A stretch of 60,308 bases of DNA, the filler included, from Trichosphaerium sp. ATCC 40318 (taxonomy: Eukaryota; Protista; Tubulinea), in NCBI GenBank assembly GCA_038496445.1. It is 2 parts of 2 records of this genome, joined end to end, with 100 filler letters (N's around TTAATTAATTAA, not from the genome) between each part and the next. Parts side by side here need not be neighbours in the genome. Positions count along the whole stretch, not along the records: positions 29,869 to 60,308 come from JALMLS010000063.1; 1 more part is not named here. One strand, given 5' to 3'. Shown in pieces: positions 43,670 to 55,092 of this stretch. Positions within the stretch are counted from its first letter, which is position 1. Every line of letters starts with the position of its first letter. Both the position numbers and the translations under genes were made by a program. A model generated the notes under the pieces. The model did no database searches and had not been told where the DNA came from. It saw only the letters and a program-made list of their open reading frames with translations.

Positions 43670-43830
43670 CAGGTCTGAAAATTATCATGGTATAATACCA
43701 TATTTTGCAGTATAATTGTGGTTTATGGTACTACCTTGGTATAATCACAAATTATACCATAAAATTATACTGCAAATTATGGTATAGTACCGTGATTTTT
43801 AGACATATGGTATAAGACTTAATATACCAT
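43670..43830. repeat. Putative left terminus and palindromic subterminal repeats of a large CMC/CACTA-like element
   Basis: Starts CAGGTCTGAAAA (compare CAGGGCTGAAAC at 15677). ~130-bp inverted repeat at 43673-43804 and clustered ATGGTAT/ATACCAT motifs. Confidence 0.6.
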
Positions 43831-43959
43831 GTTTTATACTGTATCTATATTCATGGATTTTTATGATGTCAAATATTTTACAATGACTGTGTCGTGTTTG
43901 GTCTTTACTGTATATGTAAATAAAAAAAAAACAATTACATGAAGTAGTGTGAATTGCAT

Positions 43960-45860
43960 TTATTGAAACACATGACAACGTATGTGATGTTCATAGCTTA
44001 ATGCCACTAGTATGAACCTATCCATCGCTTCATTCCATTCAGTAAAGTTAGATACAGCAAATAAAGGTTCAAAAGTTGTCAGTGCTGCCATAGTATGGAT
44101 GCGCGGCTGACAGTAAAGGACATTTGGATAGTACCAATCGGGTATTAACATATCTATTTTGTATTTGAGCCATTCGTAAACAAAAGGCCACAACTGATGA
44201 GTGGCTTGGTGAAGCTCACAAACAGTACAAAGCTGCTGACAACCAAATTCATCCATATTGAGATCTAAACAATAAAATTAAAGACAAATGGTTAATGTAG
44301 TTATCTTGGTACCTTCTTTAGTGTTATCCACATAATCAAAAAGCTGCTCATCGGATATTTCAAATAAAATATCTTTTGTTTTCTTGTCGTAAAACTCAAG
44401 GTGATCTTCATCTTGAAAGTCAATGGCCATCACTGGAAAGAGTTTGTAGCCGACAATAGCTGCTACAGAAACTAACAACAATTTTTTGTTGGCCAAAGCA
44501 TAGGTTGTTTTAGAAGTATAAAGTGTATCTTGAAAATAAAAAGAATTTTCAATCTCGTAAGTGGCAGCGTTGGTAGTAAATCTGACAGTGACAACTTCTT
44601 CTTTATCTTCAGTGACTATTTTTCTTGTTCCTTTCAAAAACTGACCTTCTACACTGAAGTGAAAGACATCTCTATATAAAGCAAGTAATTGTTAAACTGT
44701 AAAACCACAAACAAAAATTTCGTACTCGTATAACTTTACACCAACTCTTACGTTCAATAATACTTTGATACACCGTCCATAGTCAAAGGTAGCTCGTATT
44801 TCTTTGGTTTTTTCCTCATTATTTTTTATCCACACTCCATGTTTGACCCAACAGCCGTGGTGTTTAATAAACAATGGAGCCAAAAAATATGAACACACCA
44901 ATGAAAAACAATGATCAAATTCAATGTCACAAAAACCACGAATCTTCTCGAAGATCTCACCAGGAATCATCAACAATTTTGGTTGATAAGGCTCAGTTAC
45001 AATTGTAGTCAATAGTTTCTTTTGGGCATCATCTCTATACAAGTGTTAGTAACACAAAAGGTGATAGTTTGTATTTATATTTATCAATAACGTACATTGA
45101 ACTACCATGTTTTGACATAGCTGCCTTCTCTATTACCTTGCCAATAGTATACCACAAACCTATTGATTCATTAAACTATTAACTGATAGACATACACGCA
45201 CTGAGAGGTGGAGGATATAATGGTGTTTGTGACAAAAGATCAAAAAGACACCACGATTCAGTAAGATTGACTTTAAGAATTACTATTCTCACAATTTTAC
45301 TTCTCGTCATCTACATTTATAAGTTGATATGGTGGCTTACAAACAAAAAAAACCGTACTATTTCAGGTAAAGTAAGTTCAGCATCCATGACAACAGCATC
45401 AACAACACGTGAGTGTTTGTCATTGCTAAATTGATAAAAGTCAGAATATATTTTTCTTGAACCACGAATTTCTCTTCCAGCAACAGTACACACAGCATCA
45501 CGAGATTTATGAAACTGCAGTAGTGCATCTATAAGTTTATCAATAGGTAGAGCATCTTCATAAGTACTAGAAGATGTTAACAGTGAAAACCACACCAAAA
45601 TTGCTAAAGTACTTTTGACGGAATTGTCCCGTAGATATGACATGAACGTGAAAGAAGCCAGAATTGATGCTAGTCACAGTCTGCAAGTGCTTGCCAAAGT
45701 AATTACACAAAACAGTACTGTGATGCCTCAAATCAGAGCGTGTGAAAGGTTCAATTTCATTTGTAGAAGCTATAAAATGTGTTAATGACAAGTGTCATTA
45801 CAAGTTATTATGTAATATGTACCTGCTGCGAGCACTATTGCTTGCATTTTTCTATTCATT
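43960..45860 (-). CDS. One or two hypothetical genes, including an F-box-like segment; probable element cargo
   Basis: Open exons 45317-45643, 44692-45042 (LLMIPGEIFEKIRGFC), 44278-44637 and 43960-44256; the 5' part may be frameshifted. Confidence 0.45.
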
Positions 45861-45884
45861 TTTGACGTTCTACAAGCCAATAAT

Positions 45885-46135
45885 CTAAAATAAAGAGTTA
45901 AATGTCCTGAACGGCTTAAAACACTATAAAACTGAGCACGTACCTAGAATTGTTGTTGTTTGGGCGTTTACAAGTAAAATACCTAAAATAAAGAGTTAAA
46001 TGGCCTAAACGGCTTAAAGCGCTATAAAACTGAGCGGATACCTAGGTTTATTGTTATTTGGGCGATTATAAGTAAAAACAATAAAATAATAAGTTAAAAG
46101 ACTTAAAAGACTTTAAAACAACAATACATACCTAA
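45885..46135 (-). repeat. Tandem ~98-bp units, each a micro-exon + intron
   Basis: ~2.5 copies of ctaaaataaagagttaaatg...tacctag...tttgggcg...aagtaaaa. On the minus strand each unit is a GT..AG intron plus a ~39-nt exon. Confidence 0.7.
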
Positions 46136-46539
46136 AGCGGGTGTTTCTGATGGTAAACAGTGAAAACTAAAAACTCACAGTCAAAAGAGTTAAAAACAAC
46201 GAGTTTTTTGTAATGTTATTTATTGACAGGACAGCGGTGCAATGTTGGCGTTTACAACCTCTGGCCCTGTGATGAACATGTACGATCTATCTAGAAAAAA
46301 ACACCAGAGTAAGAAAAACTGTCACATAAATCAAGAAATGTTGTTCAGTTTTCTATAAACCACGTGTACCTTCTACCATGAAAATTAAATCTGTGAGTGC
46401 AAGTGAGTATACAGCACCGCCAGCACAAGGTTCCAACCTAAAACAAGCAGATGTTAGGACACAATGTCAGTTAAGAGTAGCAATGAGTAAAAAAAATAAA
46501 GTAAGTCACCAGAGAAAACAAAGCAGAATTTCCACGAGT

Positions 46540-47325
46540 AAAAGGCAGCGATCACTTGGTGTAGTCTGTTGTTGGAGCATCAGTCGTAGGAGTCTCTGTA
46601 GTTGGTGTCGTAGTCATCAGAGCTTCTGTGGTTGGACCTCTGTAGTTGGTGCTGTAGTTGTCGGAGCTTCAATGGTAAGAGTGTCAGTTGTTGGGGCTTC
46701 AGTGGTTGGTGCATCTGTAGTTGGAGCTCTGTAGTTGGTGCATCTACAAAGAAAGTTAGTTGCTTTAAAAAGTAAAATACAAAGTACCAGTTGTTGGCGC
46801 TACAGTTGTAGTGCTTCAGTTGTTGGGGCTTATGTTGGTGGAGCATCTGTCATTGGTGCATCAGTTGTAGGCGTATCTGTAGTAGGCTACAGTGGTAGGA
46901 GCCTCAGTTGTTGGCGCATCTGTGGTAGGAGCTTCAGTCGTAGGAGCTCCTGTAGTTGGAGCCTCGGTCGTGAGAACCTCCATAGTAGGCGCTTCAGTAG
47001 TAGATGCTACAGTTGTAGGAGCCTCAGTGGTAGGTGCCTCAGTGGTAGGTGCCTCAATAGTAGGGGCTTCAGTAGTAGGTGCCTCAATCGTTGGCGCTTC
47101 AGTAGTTGGCGCATCTGTGGTTGAAGCATCTGTTGTGGAGCGTTTGTGGTTGGCGCTACAGTAGTAGGTGCATCTGTTGTTGGAGCTTCTGTAGTTGGTG
47201 CATTTGTAGTAGGCGTTACAGTGGTAGGACCTCTGTTGTTGGTGCCTCTGTAGTAGGTGCTACAGAGGTAAGAGCCTTCGTAGTTGGAGTTTCTGTAGTT
47301 GGCGCTTTTGTGGTTGGAGCCATGA
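46540..47325 (-). pseudogene. Mucin-like (PTT[E/D]A)n 15-bp coding repeat, frameshifted
   Basis: Dozens of gtagttggngcntct-type units; the frame shifts repeatedly between ORF-track entries. Confidence 0.7.
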
Positions 47326-47759
47326 CGTTCTACAAAACTGGTAATGCTGGTAAACCGCTTGCTGTATTTTAAAAGTGAGTTCATAATCATGAAGTGATTG
47401 ATACGTACAAAGATGTAGTATGAACACGTCATGCTTGTGATGTAATGGTACATCTCTATGAACACCCTCCTTAATAGGTATATCTCTATGTACACTTTGA
47501 CTAGGCTTTGGTGGAGGCGTCGATGCTCTTTGCAGTTGAAAACCGCTATCAACTACAGGAGTTTGCTTCTACTTTGGGAACATGTTTTGCTTCTTCTAGT
47601 CGTCAGCTGAGGAAGTACACGCTGGTGCAGGTCTTTCATGAGGTGCTAATGTGTACTTTTGAGTCCAGTATGTAATGGGGTGGCATGATACAACAGGTTC
47701 TTTCTTTGGAGTTGGTTGTAACTTCATTTCTAACGACCCAGCTGACCCATTAACTTTTG

Positions 47760-48365
47760 GTTCAGTAGAACACGCATGAAGCAGTGTTTGGCCCTAGCCA
47801 GAGTAAGATCAGTTGTATCGAAGAACAAAAAACACAACAAAACAGCAGAATAAAATATGCGTATAAACGTACATCTTTCCTTGCTGCTTTGCAATCAGTA
47901 GCATTCCCAGTAGCAGTAGCAACGTGCAATGACGACATGCCCTAAACCAAAAATAAGCACTATGCGTCTACACTATCTTAATCTACGCTTACCGTATTAT
48001 CGAGAACATCTGTAGCACCATACACTAGTAATTCATTGATTATAACCTAAACAGAGGGGTAAGTTGTCAGTACTATAAACTCAAGTGCGTAAACGCTGTA
48101 ATGGTATCTATAGCTTGAATAATCTCAAAAATTACAAGTAGTAATTCGCACCAAATGTTGCTTTTGACACACCAAGTGCACAATACAGTCCAACCCTACA
48201 TTATCAACTGTTAGCAAAAATTATTACAAAGAAACCAAACCAAAAAAGTAATTGGTGCGATTTCTCATCACTGTTGAAGCTACATACGTCCTTATCTTGC
48301 CATTGATATCAACACCTTGCAATAAAACCACTTTAACTGATTCAACGTTACCACTCAATACTGCA
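47760..48365 (-). pseudogene. Ankyrin-repeat gene fragment
   Basis: Exons give VLSGNVESVKVVLLQGVDING, ELLVYGA, GMSSLHVATATGN and GQTLLH. Confidence 0.55.
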
Positions 48366-48852
48366 AAGTACAATCTACGCCAAACCTTTACACGAAAAAA
48401 AAAAAGTGAGACACATTAATAATTCGGAACTTGTCAAGGTAATGGATATAACCCATTGAAAGAGATCCGTACCGCTTCTGTAGGTGCAGGGCCGTTTTCT
48501 TCAACTAAATTAAAAGGTTAACAATGCTCACATACCAGAGTATTCAAAACAGTACCACAGTACTAAAGCAAAGGTAGTGATGTTGGAAACTTTGTACAGC
48601 AAAAAAACAAAGGTACCTCATTAAAAATGCCACAAAAAAACCTAAAGATATGACCCATGATTTACATCAGCCTTGAAGGTACACTGTTAGAAGCGCCAAA
48701 CGCCACATAGGGTTTTTTTTACTGAAAACGTACCAAATGATTCAAAGTATACGGAACCTACCACTGATGACCTTTTATAGTATTATTATGACGTATATAC
48801 GCTGTTTAAGGCTTATCAGAAAAATTTCAAGCTGTAAGCATAACGCGGTATC

Positions 48853-49950
48853 TTCCTTTGCTGCATCTAGCACCATAAGAATCAAATCAGCTGAATCTGC
48901 TACTGTAACAACTCGTTGTTCTAGTGACAGTGTAAGAGTTTACGCGTTGAGAGCAAGCAGTTAAAGAAAAAAAATCAATTTAATAAAATAATGTTGTCTA
49001 TCTAAACTTGCGCTTTTTGCTTACCTCTACCAATACCCTCGGCTGCTTCTTTAACGATACCAGGTAAATCTGAACAAAATTAACAATGAGACATGGAAGA
49101 AGTTACTGTACGTACCAAGTAATTGTATCTTAGCGTCATTGTAGTGGATTACACCAGGAATACATGTCAAAGTTGTAAATTCGTAGTTTGCGGATTTTGT
49201 AGAAAAAAATGTCAGTTATTTGACATTCATAGGTCTCAAGTTGCTTGCCCGACTTGGTGCCAGTGAGTTTTGCGAGCATGGTTGATTTACCAACTGAAGG
49301 AAATCCAATAAGTGCTACACGAGCTGCACCGAGTTTTTTAACCAGGTCTGTAGGACCTACAAATCTGTCTCTGTAGCAAACAATCCAATCGAAATTAATA
49401 AATTTAGTATCCCATTTTATTCTACTCAAGATTTCTGCAGCAGGCGTAAGACGCTCTTTAGTAGTAGGTAATGAATCAACCCCTAATGAATATATCACTA
49501 ATGGATGACGTCATTTAAATAAGTTTGGATTGTACTTGATCGACGCTCTGCATGTTCATCCAGCACTGCTTTTGTAACATTTTGAATATGCTTTGAAAAA
49601 GTAAGTAACAACATCCCGCGAAATTCCAAGGTTACCTTGAATCTGTCTGGTCCTAGTTTTTTACCTCCATACCTATACATCCATAAGTAATTTAGAATGC
49701 ATAATTGAGTAGTAAGGATAACAATCAAAGGATATACCATCGCGTAACAACCTACAAACATTTTTAGAAACCAATAAAAAAAACTAAAGTTAAAGTACCA
49801 CAAGAACACCGAGTTCTTTGCGTAGCTGAAGTGTCTTCAATATAGTATCACCACCATGTCCTCCTTTACCACTTGTGGGTTCTAGAAGTTGTGCTCTCAG
49901 TTTTGCGATTTTAGCCTTTATTGTTCCCAAGTGATAGTTGGTAGCAAAGT
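48853..49950 (-). pseudogene. Truncated DRG GTPase with an in-frame IMPACT(UPF0029) + MJ1316 fragment inserted
   Basis: ATNYHLGTIKAKIAKLRAQLL (DRG N-term); VVVTRWYGGKKLGPDRFKHI (IMPACT); AAEILSRIKWD...YRDRFVG (MJ1316); ARVALIGFPSVGKST, YEFTTLT, DLPG, LMVLDA (DRG G domain), then homology stops. One acceptor reads CAA instead of CAG (~49197). Confidence 0.8.
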
Positions 49951-49994
49951 TTCTGTGTATCAAAAACGACTTCGTTCGCGTTGTTATAACGTAC

Positions 49995-51195
49995 CTGATG
50001 TTTTCTACTCTTGGCGGACGTGTGACGTAGTTTTGACAATTAATAGTGAGTTGTACAGTGTCACCTAAGAAGAAGTTAGACTGCCTCTAAACAAGAACAC
50101 TTTTAAAAAATGGTACCTATTATCAAAGAGTTTGGTCCGTTTCCCAAAAAGTCGATATTGTGCCAACAAAATACAGCAGGTGCGCAACAGGTGAAATTCA
50201 ACGCCGCATCAGCACTATCCAGAGTTGTACCCAACTCAATGGAGACGCCTGTGACAGCAGAATAGGCTGATCTTTGTCCGACAAACATTGGACAAATCTC
50301 AACACCTGGAAAGTTGACACCTAAATGAATGTTAACCCTGAGTGTTATGATGAACAGTAATCACCTCCGGTATTAATAGACGTTGTTAAGTTTCCTCCAT
50401 CTACGGTCATAGCAGTGAACCTTGCCATTATACCAACCTCATCTACTGATTCGAAACGAGAAAGCCAACAGTCTAGATTAGAACAATCCCATTAGTACAC
50501 GCTTTTATAGTTTTATATGTGATCAAACATGAGCGTGGCTTACCGCACGAGGAGAAGTCAAGTGGAGGCATAAAACCAGCAAAATTCTCGCCGAAGTAAT
50601 CCACTCTACAAGAACCAGTCTGCTCATTATCGGAGTTTAAAGAAAAACGATCATTAACAACAGCGCAACGAATACCCAAAATCCCTTGACCTATACAAAA
50701 AAGGTTATGACAAATAAAATCCATCCTTTTTCGAGAAACAGATTAAAGAAACGTACCAACGCCAGTAAGATGTGTAGCAGTTAACCACCTTTAAAAAAGT
50801 AGTTATTTTCTGCAGTTAATTTCGTCTTAATGTAGAAAACAAGGCACGTGATCCGGTATGCCATTATTCGTACAAGAGGACAACTGCAGGGTTTTATTTA
50901 ATTAAATGCAGTACCTTGTTCCACCCAGGATCCTTGCTATGGCAAGCTAGTTAATTATTGAAATCGCGCTGATGCTATGTAAGACGTGTAAGGTTCTTCA
51001 ACGTATTTGAGTATATTGCAGTAGACGTCTCCAGAGGCATGTATTACGCAATTTTGTAGTTACACCAGTTTTAATATCCTACAACCGTCAAATAAAGTGT
51101 AGTGCGTAAAACAGTCACTAAACGCGTACCCAGAAGCGGCAGGCAATCACAATCAATAAAAAACAAACGATGATGCTTGGTTTTTGACTGTTAAT
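49995..51195 (-). pseudogene. Secreted Cys-containing protein fragment spliced onto the DRG fragment
   Basis: Hydrophobic leader SIIVCFLLIVIA, exons GILGIRCAVVNDRF and GVEICPMF...LNFTCC; the last exon VENIR splices in frame to NFATNYHLG. Confidence 0.4.
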
Positions 51196-52157
51196 GCGTA
51201 CAGCGGCTTTCATATCCTTCTTGCTGAATTGCAATGCTTTCCGTGGCATCTTAGAGATATTCTTTCCTTTTAAAACGTTAGTTCACGTACTTCGCAAAGA
51301 TTTAACTAACCATGGAGCTTTATCTGAGGATATGAACACTACGCTACTGTACAGAAACAAAAATAATGAACTTATTTCAAATTCATTACTGCAGCCTTGA
51401 CGACGTTACCTAATGAGCGTAAGGGATATTATCCTGTTAAATAATTATTTGTCCAGACACACTTTAGAGTTGCGCACCTGTGTAAAATAGCCCTGCACGT
51501 ACGTAAGGTAGTTTAGCGTTAGTTTTAAAGACATTTCGTTAAAATATCTAGTTACTTGATTATTCCGTAGCATGGGCGTATAATATTGCAAGTACTTAAT
51601 AATGTGATAGCGTACCTTTGGGGATCCTTTAGTTGCGTTAAGAAAGTGGTAGAAAATCTTCCTTAACGCAAATACAGCTGAACACAGCTTGAGGTACGTG
51701 CAACCAGTTTTATTTGATGAATACCACCTAAAATCTCATTAGCGTTACTTGGTAAATTATAAACCAAAGCAAGGTAAAGGTACGCATTATGGTTATGTAG
51801 GCCTTTTAACTCAAGTTCTAAGAGTTTTTTTGTGTGCGCAATTTTCCTCCAACTGGAGGTTTTTGTTCAATTTTGCCCGCAAGTGACTTGGCGCCAATGT
51901 GGTTTTTGCGCGTAGTCAGGACCATTGCGAGGCCTTAGCGCAAAAACTCTCCCAATATTATTTTTTTTTTTTTGAATAGTTCCAAAAAGTACTTAAACGT
52001 ACACTCCACCTAAAAAAAAGAGATTTTAGCCATTCGCGTTATCTCTGATATTTTTTTTTCAAATTATTTGGTTTTTTTTGATTTTTCCTGCATTGCCGCG
52101 CGTTTTTAAATTTGCTTTATTTAGACTTAACAGCTGAGTAGGTAACAACGCTTAGCT

Positions 52158-55032
52158 TATGTTGTCCGCACGAAATACATCTAAGAGGTATACAGAGGGT
52201 TTTTTTTATTGTGACTAAACCACAGCGTAGAAAGCGAAGTTTATCCAACTCCTCCAAAGCAACATCAAAAAAACCACGTATACAGGACTTGAAGGTAACA
52301 TGCCATGTGAATGACATAAGCTGTAAGGTACAATTGTTTCATTGTGTAACGCTCAAATCTTAATTACTCTCCTAGACACCAAATGCAAATGAACACGATG
52401 AACTTAAGCTGCAAAGAGAGAAGATAAAAGACGCTGTTATTGGTCTCAAAAGTCTGTTAGAACTTACAGTGGAAAATGGAGGAGGAACAATATTGGAGGA
52501 GCCGTGGGCTAAAGAATGTAATTTACATGCAACGCTTATGTCTAAGACACATACAAAGTGGATAGTGCAAAGCGTTTTGCCAGCAAATGTAAGATCTCCA
52601 ACGGCAAACACATACAAAGAGCTTAATAAGGTACGGTCTCTTAGTATTAGACATTTCTCATTTTTTTCCAATACAGATAAAACGTAAAGGAGAGAAGCAT
52701 AATATATCTAGTGCTGCCTTGGTACGTATGGCTTTGAAAGTACGAAAAAAAAGACAACAAGGTACACTAACATCAACAACCAACAACTTATTGTTGCAAC
52801 AGCGAAAAAAAGGCGTTCTGTTGTTCCTTATGGCACTTTACAACCAAGTATTATGCCACAAGATGTAGTCATGGCCTTTAATTACCTTAAATGCGATGAA
52901 ATGCCTACTGTAAACCACTTTAAAAAAGGTACGAGTTGAACAAATATAAAATGTTTGTCTTCTAATTTATTTTACAAGACAATAATAAAAAAACTGATGA
53001 AGACACTGAAGATGTTGTAGTCACAAATGTTTCCAATTCTACAAAGCTGAATATCAATTGGCAAGGATCTGTGTCAAAATTGTGGCTTACAACATACACT
53101 TTGCCGGATGAATTGCTTATTGTGTGCAGAAAGTTTGCTGAGAAGTCAAAAAATGATCTCAAACACACTGTACGTAACCATCGTCAGAACCAACATTTTT
53201 ACTTTGTTAGTTTTGGTCTAAGCCCGGTGATTTGTGGGAAGCAAACATTATGAGAAGATATAAAACTCAAAATTATGGTAAAGTAGTTTGTGTGACACCG
53301 TATTCCGGTAAGTAACTTACTTGGTTGGTATCGTGATTGACACAAACCATAAAGATAAGTTTTGTGGAAACTCTGAGATTAAAATACCCATTCAACTGGA
53401 TAAAGCTAAGTGGGATCAATTGCTGCCTATTATAGATGCCCATCACAAAATTACAACCAACGCAAAGGCACTAAATGAAAGTGAAATAGCAGACATGGTT
53501 ATAGAGTTAAAGGTGGGTTTAACGTATATCGTGTACAACGGTTAAATATAACTATTTATAGGAGTGGCCTACAGGTAAATCAGGCCTAAGAATGCACACA
53601 GATGGAGACAAAGGACAATTACATAGCCGCACTGGTATAACGTGTTTTGGCTTTGCTTTGAAGGATGGAGGAAAAAAACCTATCAAAAACATCATCATAC
53701 AAACAAGCACGTCAAATACAACCTATTTTATAAGAAATTAATGTATTTATTTAGCGAGACTAATTTTGTGTGGGCTTTAAGCAACATTGAGTTGGCAACT
53801 GGTGTACAAGATGATGGCAACGGATTTGGTCCAGGGGTTGTGCGACATTCCATTGAAGTTATGGTCCCTAAAGGAGTTCGTTATTTTTCTTTGATAGTCA
53901 GACAGTTTATTCGAAAACTGCCCAAAATAACTGATCTTGCTATCACAAAACAAAAGCGTTTGGTAGGATTATCTTCAAAATCTTATGCCACACACACATT
54001 AATGAAACACTCTTTATTTGTGTGTCCAAGCAATCAACGATACAAAGCCAACAACCATTTCCTTTTATCCTCTCCGTATAAACTACCACAAGATGATGAT
54101 AAAGAAACAATTATACACCCTGGAACTCTTTTAATTTACAATCTACCTGGGTGCGTTTTTATTAATAATCACAAAGTTGTTTTAATATCTCTTCAAGTTT
54201 GTATGAAATGGGTTTGATTGCTTCTTATCAAAAAACCTTTCAAGGACATACAGGAGTAGGTTTAAAAGTGGTGGTTAAAAAAGAATGTGTTGCCAAAGAG
54301 TACGTCAAGATTCTTTTCAGTTATGTTACATTAATTTTATTTGCAGATATTTTTCAGGCGAGTGGGCAGTTGTATATTCTACTGCAACTGAAATATCTCA
54401 AGATAGAGTTGAAGAGCTTATTAAAAAGTCACTACAGTTACAGCGAGAAAATGACAATGAAGATAAAGGCTGCACTTTTTTTATAACTCCTTGCACTTTA
54501 TTGAAACATCAGGCTGATGTTGCCTATAATACACTTGGTTGTAAGAACGTGACATAGGTTTCCATTCTATTAACATTGTATCATAGGCAGCCGACAACTT
54601 GGCATTGTGTCAAGGTGGTATGTTCATGGCTTTCTTTATTATGGTAATCAGCCAGTTGTGGTTTTTAGAACGATCAAACGACTAGAAAATAACCTCTCTC
54701 TTCTCCTTAACTGTAAGTGTTGCAAACAGCGTCCGTTATTCTTGAACATCTTCAGTGATAAACCTTCTACCAAAAAGATGTCTGATGGAGAAATAATAAG
54801 TAAAGAAAGCTGTCATTGGAACACGATCAAACAATTAAATGGTATCATTTTTTTTGCAACTTTTTTTCTAATGCTTCTTTTACTACAGTATTACCAACAC
54901 TAGTAAATCGTTTTGCCTACACAGGAAAGCTATCCAAAGAAGACAAGCGAAAATGTGACTGTACGTTGGTTGTAAAAGTATTAAACGTCTAAATTGTTCA
55001 TAGGTTTAGATAAATTGTGTAGGAAACAATAA
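52158..55032 (+). CDS. Transposon-associated AlkB-like 2OG-Fe(II) dioxygenase with possible SRA-like C-terminal domain; start approximate
   Basis: Spliced VIELKEWPTGKSGLRMHTDGDKGQ (HxD at 53595-53603) ... VRHSI (H at 53846) ... GVRYFSLIVRQ (R at 53879 and 53900), matching AlkB HxD..H..R..R order. Downstream GTLLIYN..MGLIASY..LKVVVK..YFSGEWAVV. One internal splice donor (~53710) is weak. Confidence 0.65.
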
Positions 55033-55092
55033 ATAAATTTATGCTCATTAAGTGGAGTTTTTTTTCTTAATTGTAATTAACAACAAGCAACA

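Noticed and set aside
46540-47325. Regular repeats as a CRISPR-like array
   Set aside because: Contiguous 15-bp units with third-position variation and no unique spacers; they encode PTTEA mucin repeats.
43670-52000. Helitron as the source of the captured fragments
   Set aside because: No Rep/helicase and no clear TC...hairpin-CTRR ends were seen, and a CMC-type end and transposase are present. A nested non-autonomous Helitron cannot be fully excluded.
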